Below, piece by piece: positions 12,733 to 26,879 of a stretch of DNA of 64,000 nucleotides. A program made the position numbers and the translations under genes. Each line of letters starts with the position of its first letter. The first letter of the stretch is position 1. The DNA is from Octopus vulgaris. Taxonomy: Eukaryota. Location: contig OX597814.1 of assembly GCA_951406725.2 (NCBI GenBank), positions 220,968,001 through 221,032,000 of the forward strand, in the 5' to 3' direction. The notes under the pieces are model-generated. The model worked only from the letters and a program-made list of their open reading frames with translations. It did no database searches and was not told the DNA's origin.

Positions 12733-13399
12733 CAGTGAATCAGTTACCGCCCACAACACTGGGTAGGCGAACTTTTCCTGAGATCGGGTTCAACAAAAGA
12801 AATATCGATTTTAAAACCGGGTCAGGGAAGCCGGTTAATAATCTCAACCTTTCAAAGCAGACGTTAGGACTAAGGAAGACACATTCATACTGAAGCAGAT
12901 CTCATTTAGAAAAAAACTGTGTGAGGATGTGCTAAACGACTCATGTGTGCTTTCGCGCCCTTAAATTGATCAGATGGATGTCGAATAAACCTTTAATCCA
13001 ACTTTCAATGACTGAAGAAAATGCAACTAATGCATCTGAGTAGATTCAATTGATTTTATTCTTTCTCTCGCGTAAAGAAAAAAAAAAAAGAAAGAAAAAG
13101 AAGACCAAATTTCTCTCTTGTTAAAAAGAACATTCCTTTCACCGTTTGCTGAATCGTTAGTGTCTATTGCTTCACGCCGTGGATCAGCTCCTTTTATTTG
13201 TCTAAGTTGTAGAAGAATTCTTGCATTTTTTTTTTCACCGAATTTATGAAAACAGCTAAAAGGTTGTAAAATGCGTTTCGCAACAATATAGTTCTGGGTC
13301 CAAATCTACGCCACTGCACTTGGACAGGTGTCTTCTCCCTTAGTCACTACAACTTTGCGAGTGAAATTTGGTATACAGAAACTGTATAGGTGGTCATCA

Positions 13400-13890
13400 T
13401 GCACACATATACACATACACATACACACACGCAACGCGCGCGTGCACACACTTACACACGCACACACACACACACACACACACAGGCACACACACATACG
13501 CGCGCACACACACATACGCGCGCACACACACTCGCACGCACACTCACATACACACGCACACACACTCACACACATACGCACACACACATGCGCACACACG
13601 CTCACAAATACACACACACACATATACACACACACTCGCACGTACACACACACAAACACACACACGCTCACACATACACACACATATACTCACACACGCT
13701 CACACATACACACACACACACATATACACACACACTCGCACGTACACACACACAAACACACACACGCTCACACATACACACACACATATACTCACACACG
13801 CTCACACATACACACACACACATATATACACACACACTCACACGTACACACATGCACACACAAGTGCGTGCACACACACACACACACAGG
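13400..13890. repeat. Compound CA-rich microsatellite with ~100-bp higher-order duplication
   Basis: catatacacacacactcgcacgtacacacacacaaac...ctcacacacgctcacacatac repeated ~2.5 times in 13615-13850; diverged SINE B-like sequence on both sides. Confidence 0.85.
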
Positions 13891-14835
13891 TGAGTGTATG
13901 CATCTGCTGTGTTTACCGGTGTAAAACTGATGCGGTGTCATGCAGCGTCATTTAGCGATTCTATTGAAGAAAAAAAGCAGCCAGGAATAGGTATTGTCGT
14001 GGCTATGATCGACTTTGAACGATGTGCTGTATCATGGCCGTAGTCCATTAACTGGAATCAGCAAAAAAATATTAAAGGAATAAAAGAATATTCAATAGAT
14101 ATTCTGCTAACAAGATTTTTATATGTGCACTTAATATCTGTTACACACATTTATTAAATGTTGCCTCTGACAGAAAACTATTCCAAGAAAACCATTCCGT
14201 ATTCAACAGATGCAGCTGATGAAGTAAAAGAATACAAAAAATGAAAATAAAAAGAAAAAGAAAAAAAAAGAAATAACACGAAGCAGAAGCTATAACAAAA
14301 ATTGAAAATTATTGTCGAGATACTGCATTTTGCATTTCAACTGAATTCTTATCAACTTATCAGTGAACAGTCTCTGATTATTTTGAATAGTACGAAATAA
14401 CCGACCGTGCGGAGAAACCATTACATGTCTATTTAGGGAGGGTGCTAATCAATGAAATATCAAATCATACTAACAGCTGACTATCGGGTCCTTGTTTGTC
14501 CCGGGGGGAAGGAAAAGCAATAAATAGATAAAGAAGGAAAGAAATCAAATACCAGGCTAAAGAAATCATTATATTCTGCGAATCAAGCTAAAGGAAAAAG
14601 AGATGGAAGAAAAATAGGAAAAGAAAAAAGAAAGAGTGAGAGCGAAAGAGATAGAGTGAGAGGTGTGAAGCCGCGATCTGTATAATAAAGTTACTGGAAA
14701 TATAATATTACACGAGAAAATCAGCAAATAACTGAATATCTGAGATTTTCCTGAATCGCGTATGCTCTCAGTATACAGTAACCTCGTAGCTAATTCCCTA
14801 CTTCCAAATTTGTCCTTTGGTGCTACCTTCTTTTA

Positions 14836-15068
14836 AAGGAGGCGAGCTGGTAGAAGCGTTAGCACGCCGGGCGAAATGCTTAGCGGTATTTCGTCTGCCG
14901 CTACGTTCTGAGTTCAAATTCTGCCGAGGTCGACTTTGCCTTTCATCCTTTCGGGGTCGATTAAATAATTACCAGTTACGCACTGGGGTTGATATGATCG
15001 ACTTAATCCGTTTGTCTGTCCTTGTTTGTCCTCTCTGTGTGTAGCCCCTTGTGGGTAGTAAAGAAATA
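14836..15068 (+). mobile_element. SINE A1 monomer with degenerate 16-bp TSD
   Basis: ggaggcgagctggtagaa head, gagttcaaattc B box, tail gtagtaaagaaata; flanks ggtgctaccttctttt / gatactatcttctttt. Confidence 0.92.
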
Positions 15069-18000
15069 GATACTATCTTCTTTTGTCGAACACACACACA
15101 CACACACACATACGTGTAGCGAGCTCCCACTGTTATATTTTTTTCATTATTCTTATTTCTATCGATCGTTGGACTGTTTGACAGTTGGATTGTTGGATGG
15201 CAGGCATGCGGAGATATGCCTTCAAAGGGTTTGGGCGATCATATCGACCCAAATATTTGTTTCAGTTTGGTACTTAATGTATCGAATTATATTTGTCGAT
15301 TGACTAGGTTACTGGATACACAGGGACATAACATAAACACCACAGGTTTTTTTCACCGGTGTAAACGTTGAGACGCATATGGACGCATGCGTGCGCGAGT
15401 GTACGCACATATGTACGTATGTACGTACACACACACACACACACACATATATGATGGGTTTCTGCATTGTTTCCATCCACTAAATCCTACTCAACTCGAA
15501 AGTATATTACAAACTCACTTGTCAAAGTGTACTTTTTGCAAAGAGCCCATTGCAGTCACGTTTTTTTCAACGAGCTAGTACGGTTACAGAAAGAAGTTTA
15601 GCTTCTTATGCCACATCAATGACAATAACAGCCCTGCACACACACACACGCACAGCAATAGAAAAAGATCGATAGAACATTTTAATGAAGTAATTTATTG
15701 TAATTAAATTAACCATTTGCGATTTATTATAAATGCACATAATGTTTTATATGCGTCAACAATCTCGCTAAACTATTACTGATCAGGTCGGATAATGCTT
15801 CGAGCAACCTATGCCATTATCACTTAAAGTCGAACAATAGGACAGCAATACATGTTTAACAATGTTCCTATGTTCATGCAGTGTCAGCTAGCACGACTAA
15901 ACTCACTCGAAAGAAACAAGTCCTTCAGATAATAAAGAAATATTGGAATATGTTGCAGCCTACTGTCATAAAACGACATCCATTTTCAGGAATACTGAAA
16001 GTACAATATACTATAAAACATTGCTGCGCCATATTTATTGCATTATATTAAACTAAACAATAACAGTAAGCAACAGCAATATCTGAATGGTCCAACCAAT
16101 AATGGAAGCACCTTGCGGTCAACTGGGCCAGCTAGAAATAGCTGCTAAATGAATTTTATTTAAAATAAAAAAATACTGCGTTAAAAAGCAGAATGACGAA
16201 TTCGATGATCCTGGCTATATCATATATGAAAAACTCGATGGGGATAGCTACGTCTAGAACGCTTTCAGAGTAGGTCTGCCTAATTAAGATTAGAGGGCAA
16301 TAGAGCGGTACAAAAGTTGAGCTCCAAAAACGATGCCATACAGTTTTAACTACCATATCTTTATAGACAGAGTTCAGTTCTTACAAGTGCCAATTATCCT
16401 TTACTTTCTGCTGGGACCAGTGAAACGTGCACCTGTGATATATGAGAAGTCAAATACATCAAACTTAGTCATTCTATATATATATGCATGGCTTTGTGCA
16501 ATATGAGAAATCAATGCTTAGTCTATCACGCATGGCTATTATGGTGTCAAAGACTGCGGCACGCACGAAATATTTTATATTGTTTTAGTGGCGTCATTTT
16601 GTGTCTAAGTTCAAATCCCTTTCCTGTAAATTTAGGCATTTATAACTTCGGGGTCGTTGAAATAAATACTTGTGTGGTATTGGTTAACGAATAACTAATG
16701 TAAACAAAGGAAATTAGTCACATACGTCTATCTGTATTAAGGCAATGTTGGTGTAATCTTTACACAATCAGATAAATATATTTTGAGCTATTTTGCTCCT
16801 TTATGTACTGAGTTCAAACTTCATTGGGGTCGGCTTTACCTCTCATCTCATCAGAGTTCGATATAATTTTATCAAACTCTCAAGTACCAAGTAAGTACTG
16901 AGATAGATTTAATCTACTATACTTTCGCCACAAAATATGTTGCTTTGTACCGATACTAGAAATCAATATTTCATGTCTAATTTATACAGTGGCAGATAAT
17001 AATAACAGCACTTGTCCAAGCAGAATATTGAGAAAGGCTGGCGATAGGGTTAAGGAAGTCTACTTCAACCGGTTACAAATAGCAGAGCTCAAGTAAATGT
17101 CAATTCCAGACCACTTGATGAACGTTGGTTTTATAATGCAACTGCTCGTTTAACAAATCACAGCAAATTTAATAAATCGAGATATATACAAACTTAGTAT
17201 AGAAAACTAAACAAAAGATCGTGTCAGTAAATAACCAATTAAATGACTAGACAAACGTCAAATATTAACCTAACCATCACGTAACTATAAACAAAAGAAG
17301 AATATCTTGCTAAGTTGTGACACCGTAAAAATGATTAACATTTCAGGTGATGCTAATCTGCGTTGGAGCAGAAATCTAATTCTTCTTAACAAAAAGACTT
17401 TCTGAAACGTCAGTCTCCAATACTTCTCTCGAAGGCCCCCAACAAGCTCTTTGGTGTATATTTCCTAACCGATTCATGCCGACGCAAAACATCGCTAGCC
17501 AACACACTCTAGAGACATTCCTTGTTTAAACACTTTCTTTGTTTAATCTAGCAGCCAAGTAATTGTCATTGATTGCTTTGAATTAAAGACGAAACTAATT
17601 TTATTGGGTAGTATTAGTATTAGTAGTCGTGAACTCGATTAAGTATGAACGTCGAAGACCAGTGTTAAAGCTTTTGGCGGGTCGGGGAAGGGAAGGCGGA
17701 AGCCAAATATATGGCATAAGTTCGATTCCATGTTGAGCCAACTTAATACGCTTTCGCTTTTTACTTGCAATTTCCGGTCGTAATCAATAGCAAAGAAAAT
17801 ATATGTTCCATTTGACTTGCCCTTCTTTGGCAAACAACATGAAAAACAAAGTTTTATTGTCAGCCGGAAACACTTTTAATACAGTCTCATTGCATAACCG
17901 ATTGAATCGGCCCATTGTATTACTGGTACACTTTAAAATTAATCTTGGGAAGCTAAAAGACAACGTTTGCTTGCAGTTTGAATTTAAAATGTAAACTGAC

Positions 18001-18399
18001 AAAACTAAACATTGCAAATTATTCAAAAAGATAATCTACTACTTCTGTTGTGTTAATAAACATCTAAATATTAATTTTTAATTTAGGCATAAAATAACAA
18101 AGAGATAAGCGGTGATAATGGGGATGTGTCACGTTCACTACTGTAACAACGACTCCAGAAGCAAGAACCATCTAAAATCTACAAATTGTTATTTTTGTTA
18201 TGCAGCCCCAGGTCAAAATCTAATCGAGCACGATGCCTTATTTTGTGTTAATTGAAGTTTGTTATGGGAACTACGCAAGTAGTCAACCGAACGTAAAAGT
18301 TTGACTCACAGATCTGCTTTTTTTATTTATTTAATACATTTACCTCACTGAGAGGCATAATTCACACGCCAACTTGCAGATTTGAGTAGCATGGGGTGC

Positions 18400-19330
18400 T
18401 ATCTAGCAATCTTGAAAGTTGTATTTTCTGTATCTTCCCATTCTAATATTGTACATACAAAGATGGTCGTGTCGATAATATCAAAGGTGTGAGTTGGAAT
18501 GTGCAAAAAAAACCAAACTCTGTTATTCCTGTGCACTTTGTGCAGAAGGTGCGCATCCTAGAATAGTATTGTGGCAGGTGAGGCTATTGATGCTACTGCT
18601 ATTCCTGGGTTTATATGTTTTTTATGCCTTTGCAGGCTGATTGGAAGTGATACTGAATATATATTTCTTTATTGCCCACAAGGGGCTAAACATAGAGGGG
18701 ACAAACAAGGACAGACAAACGGATTAAGTCGATTACATCTGGTACTTTATTTATCGTCCGCGAAAGGATGAAAAGCAAAGTCGATCTCGGCGGAATTTGA
18801 ACTCAGAACGTAACGGCAGACGAAATATTTATTTCTTTACTACCCACAAGGGGCCAAGCACAGAGGGGACAAACAAGGACAGACAAACTAATTAAGTCGA
18901 TCATATCGACCCCAACGTGTAACTGGTACTTAATTTATCGACCCCGAAAGGATGAAAGGCAAAGTCGACCTCGGCGGAATTTGAAGTCAGAACGTTACGG
19001 CAGACGAAATAGGGCGACGCATTTCGCCCGGCTTGCTAACGATTCTGCCAACTCGCCGCCAGTGATACTGAATACAGGATGTTGTTGCAGTAGTATTCTG
19101 GGTGTTCTGTATATTTTGTAGTCTTTGGAGGCATTGTTTTCATATAGGGACAGGGACTGAGGATATTATTGACTGCAATAGCAAACTGTGCTCCCTGTAG
19201 TATATTTGTTTCTTTGCATTGGTGGTTTGTGCTGTGTGTACAACCTGTTATGATGTACAATGCATTATTTTGTATTCATTGTGGTCTGCCGTGGGAGGAT
19301 TTAGGGACTTAAGCAAGACTGACACGATCC
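18400..19330 (-). mobile_element. Decayed I/Ingi/Jockey-group LINE C-terminal fragment, interrupted by SINE A1
   Basis: Minus strand 'IQNNALYIITGCTHST...ETNIL' resembles the post-RT IQN.ALRIITG...T...LH.E motif. Confidence 0.5.
18662..19060 (-). mobile_element. SINE A1 dimer with 16-bp TSD
   Basis: Two bodies, one head; agtgatactgaata(t/c)a at 18646-18661 and 19061-19076. Confidence 0.92.
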
Positions 19331-19408
19331 TGAAGATTGCACTCTGTCGCTTCTACACAACTAGTGTTGCTTTATATGTCGATCAAATGTGGTGTATGTC
19401 ATTGCTCT

Positions 19409-19790
19409 GGAGGCGCAATGGCCCAGTGGTTAGGGCAGCGGACTCACGGTTATAGGATCGCGGTTTCGATTCCCAGACCGGCCGTTGTGAGTGTTTATTG
19501 AGCGAAAACACCTAAAGCTCCACGTGGCTCCGGCAGGGATGGTGGTGATCCCTGCTGTACTCTTTCACCACAACTTTCTCTCACTCTTACTTCCTGTTTC
19601 TGTTGTACCTGTATTTCAAAGGGCCGGCCTTGTCACTCTCTGTGTCACGCTGAATATCCCCGAGAACTACGTTAAGGGTACACGTGTCTGTGGAGTGCTC
19701 AGCCACTTACACGTTAATTTCACGAGCAGGCTGTTCCGTTGATCGGATCAACCGGAACCCTCGTCGTCGTAACCGACGGAGTGCTTCCAC
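19409..19790 (+). mobile_element. SINE C1, full length, tRNA-derived head, 13-bp TSD
   Basis: tggcccagtggttagg A box, ggtttcgattccc B box; perfect atgtcattgctct at 19396-19408 and 19791-19803. Confidence 0.95.
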
Positions 19791-20429
19791 ATGTCATTGC
19801 TCTAAGCGCTTTAGTTTGTCGTTTTTCTCTCGTCGTATGTAACTCATGGTATTTTCGTCTTGTCCGTGTAACGTCGATGCTGTTGTTTAGCCTTAACCAG
19901 GCAGATATGTGATCAAAAGTGTTCCAGTAGTGGCTCTCCTTTTTCACTGCTATTTCTAGGAGGTCTGGTGATCGCGTAGAGTGAAGCTTTATCTGGAGAT
20001 TAGTGGAGGAATATAAGAGAGAGATCGTCTGAATGTGAAATCGTATGTTTTAACAAGGCATGGGATGTCATGTAGTTATAGATCGAAAAGAGTGAGAAAT
20101 TTTAATTTGTACGTTAACGAAATTATGATCTAATACAAAATATAATTAACACAATGTGACTCTCAAGTCTCTCGATAATAGATAAACAACATTCATTAGC
20201 TTTGAAGTGCACTGAAGATAGCTGGGCTAATGTAGCACGGAATTATAAGCTTTAGAATGTTTAGTATCAACCTTTCCTGTTCTAGTTTCAAATTCTATCG
20301 GCATTATAATGCTTTTCGTAATTTTTGAATGTCAACACATACACACAGAAAGTAAATTTAGCCAAGTCGATCCATTGTAGAAATTTGTGGCTTTGTGACA
20401 GGGTAAGAAATTATTATTATTATTATAAA

Positions 20430-20666
20430 AGGCGGCGAGCTGACAGAATCGTTAGCACACCAGGCGAAATGCTACGTTCTGAGTTCAAATTTCGCAGAGG
20501 GTCGACTTTGCCTTTCATCCTTTCAGGGTTAATAAATTAAGTACTAGTGAAACACAGGAGTCGATATAATTGACTAGTCCCCTTTCCCAAAATTCCAGGT
20601 CTTGTGCCTATAGTAGAAAGGATTATTATTATTATTATTATTATCATCATCATCATCATCATCATC

Positions 20667-20738
<72 letters not shown>

Positions 20739-20780
20739 TCTGGCCTTGTGCTTATAGTAGAAAGGATTATTATAATTATT
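20430..20780 (+). mobile_element. SINE A2 with expanded (ATT)n/(CAT)n tail and a duplicated 3' terminus
   Basis: A-type head and core; cttgtgc(c/t)tatagtagaaaggattatt occurs before (~20600) and after (~20745) the triplet array. Confidence 0.85.
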
Positions 20781-21049
20781 ATAGAAATGGTGATAGAGTG
20801 ACAGAAATATTTTAGTGCGAGATTTATTTGCGATCCTTTTTTACACCTTGATTTCAAACGACATATATTATCGACATCAGAGTCGATGATATATGTACAA
20901 ATGATGCCCTACACTCACTTTTATCGGTTATCCACAAACCCTGAAAAATCCAAACGCTTGTTGCTGTATATCAATATGAAAATTTGGTAAAGTTTGTTAT
21001 GGGAACCTTAAGATGATAGGGCACTGACGAAATATTTCGCATTCTTATA

Positions 21050-21435
21050 TCTTATAGTTGTTTCAGTCATTGGACTGCGGCAATGCTGGAGCAGCACCTT
21101 GAAGGGATTTAATCGACCTAATCAACCCCAGTACTGATTTTAAAAAAGTATGGTGCCTATTCTATCGTTGCCTTTTGCCGAAACTAAGTTGCAGGGATGT
21201 AAACAACCAGCACCCGTTATCAAGCGGTCAGGGAATAGACCTAAGCACAAAGATACATCCCCCCCCCACACTAACATATATATGTCATCTAAATAATTTC
21301 CCTTTACTAGACCCACTGACAAGGCATTGGTCAATTCCAGGTCTATAGTAGAAGATACTTGCTCAAGGTTCCACTTTGTGCGACGGAGCGTGAGACCATG
21401 TGGCTGGGAAGCAAACTTCATACCGCACAACCATT
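21050..21435 (-). mobile_element. Diverged SINE B
   Basis: ttgtttcagtcattggactgcggc...ttttgccgaa...ctatagtagaagatacttgc...accatgtgg. Confidence 0.8.
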
Positions 21436-21592
21436 GTACAAACTTCGTTGAGTGCGACATGGGTTGAAAGAATAATTGCAAAAATTACCTAAATTCTAAC
21501 CCAGCATTAATTACCAAAAAGATGACATGACAGCAATCTGAAATCGAAACCGATTCATGAGTTCAGTTAGCAAGGCACCTTTAAGACCACTT

Positions 21593-21660
<68 letters not shown>

Positions 21661-21661
<1 letters not shown>

Positions 21662-21964
21662 CACGTGATCATCTGACCGACGAGACCATCAGATGTTGTT
21701 ACACATCGCTGGTCACAATACGTTCGCATTGTTTTAGCCTTCGAATGACACCACCCCGCTGGCTAAGCGAGCAGGCCAACAGAAGGAAGAGTGGGAAAAA
21801 AGAGTGGTAAAAGTGTGCAACAGGGATCACCCCCCCTGCCGGAGCTCGTGGGGCTCTTAGGTGTTTTCGCTCAATAAACATTCACAACGCCCAGTCTGGG
21901 AATCGAAACCGCGATCCTACGACCGCGAGTCCGCTACCCTAACCACTGGGCAATTGCACCTCCA
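21661..21964 (-). mobile_element. SINE C2 (C head plus alternative tail ending CACGTGA, then (TA)n)
   Basis: Head same as the 19409 copy; tail shared with the 25559 copy; abuts (TA)n at 21595-21660. Confidence 0.9.
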
Positions 21965-22024
21965 CATATTACTATATGTATATTCCTTTACTACCCATAT
22001 ATATTCCACATATTAATATCTATA

Positions 22025-22433
22025 TATTCCTTTACTACCCACAAGGGGCTAAACATAGAGGGGACAAACAAGGGGAAGGACAAAGGGATTAAGTCAATTA
22101 CATCGACCCAGTGCGAAACTGGTAGTTTATTTATCGACCCCGAGAGGATGAAAGGCAAAGTCGACCTCAGCAGGATTTGAACTCAGAACGTAACGACAGA
22201 CGAAATACCTATTTCTTTACTACCCACAAGGAGTTAAAAACAGAGGGGACAAACAAGAACAGACAAACGGATTAAGTCGATTATATCGACCCCAGTGCGT
22301 AACTGGTACTTATTTAATCGACCCCGAAAGGATGAAAGGCAGAGTCGACCTCGGCGGAATTTGAACTCGGAACGTAGCGGCAGACGAAATACCGCTAAGC
22401 ATTTCGCCCGGCGCGCTAACGATTCTACCAGCT
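22025..22433 (-). mobile_element. SINE A1 dimer
   Basis: Two bodies joined at gacgaaatacc|tatttctttac (~22209). Confidence 0.92.
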
Positions 22434-23844
22434 GTATGTTTATGTATATGTGTGTGGTGAGTGTGTGTAACTAAGTATGAACGCATGTGCGTATGCATAT
22501 ATGTGTTGTGTGTGTATATGAGTGAGTGTATATTGTGTTCTTACAGATGTGCAAGATCTCAGATAAAAAGGCGGAGACGGGTATAGTAAATTACTTCGAC
22601 CTCAGCACTTCACTGGTATTTATTTTATTGACTTCACCCAGAGGGATGAAAGGCGAAGTTAACTAAGTATGCAATATTGATCTGTTTTGGCTATACATCA
22701 GACAACATCTTGGCGTAAATGGCTATATTCGATTGAATCGATCTCTCTATATATTCATTGTTGGTACTGTCTTAAACCATCCCACAGGGAAGAAAGGCAA
22801 AGTCGATCGTGGCGAAATGTGTGCATACAGAACGGAGAAAGGACGAAATTGAACACACAGATATATTACTCTCTGAAACTCTGCAGTTTCTACCAAACTA
22901 AAAAAAGATAAGTAATTCTACACTCAGACCATCATCAGTCTTTCTATCCTACATTTTCAGTCTCTAAAAAATACAGCTTTTATATTTATTGCAAGCATTC
23001 GTGAGCAACAGCCTCGTTGCGCATTTGATTTCAAAGAGAGGTCCAGCGGGTCGTTGATTGGTTCATTGGCTCCCGTTCTAGTTTAGCGTCAGATTATTGA
23101 CTGTGTGCCTGTCCACAGTGGTATGTCAGAAACTACTTAAGTTAGGAAAAAAAAAAAAAGACCAAATGATTTTATGAATCATTACTAAACAAAACAAACA
23201 TTTGTATTTTTGTTGCATAAATTTTATTATTTTTATTTTTTATAAAGTTATTTACAAGCTGAGACAAGTTACCAAAAAAAAAATGAAATAAAATAAAATA
23301 AAATGGAATAACATAAAACGCAACAGAGGAAAGTTCATAGACAAAGGTTAATGACAGCACAATTCCTTTCAGACATTGCTAATAACTATAACAGTCAGTA
23401 ATATAAACATATTGGTAGCTTTAATAGTTAGTACAGCAATAGATGGTTGGATATCATAATTAGTAATGCTAAATCTATTCAAATATTGACTGCTTATATA
23501 CACTGGACATGGCAAAAGGTTTTATTATTCTCATTCGTTAACTTTTGGTTAATATTACATTGATTATTTCTTTTGATCATACGCGGACGTAGGCATGGTG
23601 GCGCTGCGTGTGGAGTGCTTCGCAAATATGTGCTTTCTAGTGTTCCACCTCACTGTACGGTACTCTGCGCATGCGTCTGTTGCTATAGTCTCGGCCTGAT
23701 TAATACTTGGGGTAATAAATACTTTCAGTGGAAGTCCATCATGTTCGTTTGTATGTATGTATGTATGTATGTATGTATGTATGTAGGTAGGTAGGTAAGG
23801 TATGTATGTATGTATGTATGTATGTATGTATGTATGTATGTATG

Positions 23845-24078
23845 AAGTCGGCGAGCTGGTAGAACCGTTAGCGCGCCGGGCGAAATGCGTAGCCGTATTT
23901 CGTTTGCTGCTACGTTCTGAGTTCAAATTCCGCCGAGGTCGACTTTGCCTTCCATCCTTTCGGGGTCGATAAATTAAGTACCAGTTACGCACTGGAGTTG
24001 ATGTAATCGACCTTAATCCGTTTGTCTGTCCTTGTTTGTCCTCTCTATGTTTAGGCCCTTGTGGGTAATAAAGAAATA
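23845..24078 (+). mobile_element. SINE A1 monomer inserted in a (TATG)n microsatellite
   Basis: Full head to tail, with ggtatgtatgtatg on both sides. Confidence 0.93.
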
Positions 24079-24580
24079 GGTATGTATGTATGTATGTGGA
24101 CGTGTGAATGTATGTATGGTTGTGTGGATGGATGGATGCGTCTGTGTATGTATATACGTGCGTGTGAGTATGTGCGCACGCGTTTGCGTGTATGTGTGTT
24201 TATAGCAGTAGGGACTGAGCATCGGTGCATTCATACATTCAAACAAAAGTTTCCTTCTATACACATGTGTGTGTGTGCGTACGACGGGCTTCCACACAGT
24301 TTCCTTCTAGCAAATTCCCTCATGTGGCATTGATTGGGCCGGAGCTACAGTAGGAGACACTTGGCTAGGGTACCAACGATAGGACTGAACCCGGGACCAT
24401 GTGTTTGGGAAGCAAGCTTCTAACCACACAACTACCTCTATTTATATACATTGATTTCGTTTTCACTAAATTACAAGGTGTTAATATATACGTATATATA
24501 TATATATATTTCATACATACATACATATATATATACATATAAATATGTATATACATATACATATATATATATATATATAC

Positions 24581-24618
<38 letters not shown>

Positions 24619-24633
24619 ATACATATATATATT

Positions 24634-24872
24634 CTCTTTACTCTTTTACTCTTTTACTCTTTTACTTGTTTCAGTCAGTTGACTGCGGCCATGCTAGAAC
24701 ACCGCCTTTAGTCGAGCAAATCGACCCCAGGACTTATTCTTTGTAAGCCCAGTACTTATTCTATCGGTCTCTTTTGCCGAACCGCTAAGTGACGGGGGAC
24801 GTAAACACACCAGCATGGGTTGTCAAGCAATGCTAGGGGGACAAACACAGACACACAGACATACAAACACAT

Positions 24873-24919
<47 letters not shown>

Positions 24920-25077
24920 TACGACAGGCTTCTTTCAGTTTCCATCTACCAAATCCACTCACAAGGCTTTGGTCGACCCGAGACTATAGCACAAGACACT
25001 TGCCCAAGATGCCACGCAGTGGGACTGAACCCGGAACCATGTGGTTGGTAAGCAAGCTACTTACCACACAGACACTC

Positions 25078-25080
<3 letters not shown>
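24634..25080 (-). mobile_element. SINE B, near full length
   Basis: Reverse complement of the 11482 copy; (CTTTTACT)n tail; internal (TA)n. Confidence 0.93.
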
Positions 25081-25134
<54 letters not shown>

Positions 25135-25445
25135 GAGGAAAGGCGTGAGATGCACATTGTGATATCTATACTTTTATACTTTCTTTTGTATATTGAAGGC
25201 GAAAGTGATGTGAAATACCTTGGAGCACTGATTGCAACGATGTAGCAGCTTAGACTTTCCAGGTGTAAGAATTATTAATTCTATCCTCAGGCTGATATAG
25301 GTTGTCGTCAACTTAATAGGCGCTACAATATAACTTTTTTTTTTGTTTTATCAACCTTGGGGCTTTTATTAATATAGTTAAGTGTGTGTACGTATATATA
25401 TAATGTACGTATGTAGGCATAAGTCCATGTGTTTGAGTTTATGTG

Positions 25446-25482
<37 letters not shown>

Positions 25483-25493
25483 TATATATATAA

Positions 25494-25558
<65 letters not shown>

Positions 25559-25561
<3 letters not shown>

Positions 25562-25806
25562 GAGACGCAATGGCCCAGTGGTTAGGGCAGCGGACTCGTG
25601 GTCGTAGGATCGCGGTTTCGATTCCCAGACCGGGCGTTGTGAGTGTTTATTGAGCGAAAACTCCGGCAGGGGGTGGTGATCCCTGCCGTACTCTTTCACT
25701 ACTCTTTCTTCCACTCTTTCTTCTGTTGGCCTGCTCGCTTAGCCAGCGGGGTGGCGTTATTCGATGGCTAAAACGATGCGAACTGGTCGGTCACGTGATC
25801 ACGTGA
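25559..25806 (+). mobile_element. SINE C2 with internal deletions, between (TA)n tracts
   Basis: C head, ctgttggcctgctcgcttagccagcggggtgg body, ends cacgtgatcacgtga then (TA)n. Confidence 0.9.
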
Positions 25807-25937
25807 TATATATATATATATACATACATACATACACACATTTGTATAGACATACACATGGATATGTGCTTGTGATGATCGGTTTGTTACTACATTCGGG
25901 TTCAGATTCACTGCTAGGTACCTTTGGTAATTGTCTT

Positions 25938-26212
25938 CTCCACGAGGCTCCGGCAGGGGATGGTGGTGATCCCTGCTATACTCTTTCACAACTTTCTCTC
26001 ACTCTTACTTCCTGTTTCTGTTGTACCTGAATTTCAAGGGGCCGGCCTTGTCACTCTCTGTGTCACGCTGAATATCCCTGAGAACTACGTTAAGGGTGCA
26101 CGTGTCTGTGGAGTGCTCAGCCACTTACACGTTAATTTCACGAGCAGGCTGTTCCGTTGATTCGGATGAATCGGAACCCTCATCGTCGTAACCGACGGAG
26201 TGCTTCCATCCA
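25938..26212 (+). mobile_element. SINE C1, 5'-truncated
   Basis: Near-identical to 19518-19790. Confidence 0.92.
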
Positions 26213-26544
26213 TATAAATATCTCTCTCGCTATATATACACACATGATGGCTATCGACCCGTTAATCAAGTATGAACCTTTCTCAACACCTGCACTGGCA
26301 GAGTACATTACACATTGGCACCAAACTAGTTTAAAAAACCAACACCACACAAATTTGCAGATATTATGGAGCTGAACATTTAAAATTTAAAATTATTAGA
26401 TGTCAGAGATAGTCTACTTGTCGTGTGACCAAAGATGACTCTTTAGTCCAGCAAGAGATTTACAAATTTCTCCATACAGACGACATGAAAACGCTTGATC
26501 TCGCTGTAAACACAACAGGAAGTTGTTATCGTAGTATTTTATGT

Positions 26545-26800
26545 GGTGGAGGTGCGTGGCTTAGTGGTTAGGATGTCAGCATAATGATCGTAAGATTGTG
26601 GTTTCGATTCCTGGACCGGGTGACGCGTTGTGTTCTTGAGCAAAACACCTAATTTCACCTTGTTCCAGTCCACTCAGCTGGCAAAACTGAGTAACGCTGC
26701 GATGGACTGGCGTCCTGTCCAGCTGGGGAACACAAACGCCATAGAAACCGGGAAACCGGACCCGTGAGCCTGGCTAGGCTTTTAATGAGCGCATTGATTG
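26545..26800 (+). mobile_element. SINE D (tRNA-like head plus V-domain-like tail)
   Basis: tggcttagtggttagg and ggtttcgattcc boxes; ctgcgatggactggcgtcctgtccag resembles the V-SINE conserved domain; TSD ag(t/c)attttatgt. Confidence 0.88.
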
Positions 26801-26879
26801 AGCATTTTATGTATATTGACAACTTAGGCTTACTTTTGCAGATCTTATTGCAAACAGAGCAAGAAAATACATCAGGCTA

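Noticed and set aside
17670-17720. GC-rich patch and CArG-like ccaaatatatgg as a promoter
   Set aside because: Eight A/T bases between CC and GG instead of six; no downstream gene evidence.
19409-19485. tRNA genes at SINE heads (also 25559, 26545, 32525, 58580)
   Set aside because: A and B boxes are present, but each continues into a SINE body or is a duplicated SINE head, several have TSDs, and I see no intact acceptor stem or poly-T terminator.
22547-22582. Alternative small exon (ttcttacag|ATGTGC...GG|gtatag)
   Set aside because: Weak donor and short pyrimidine tract next to repeat-derived sequence; not distinguishable from chance.
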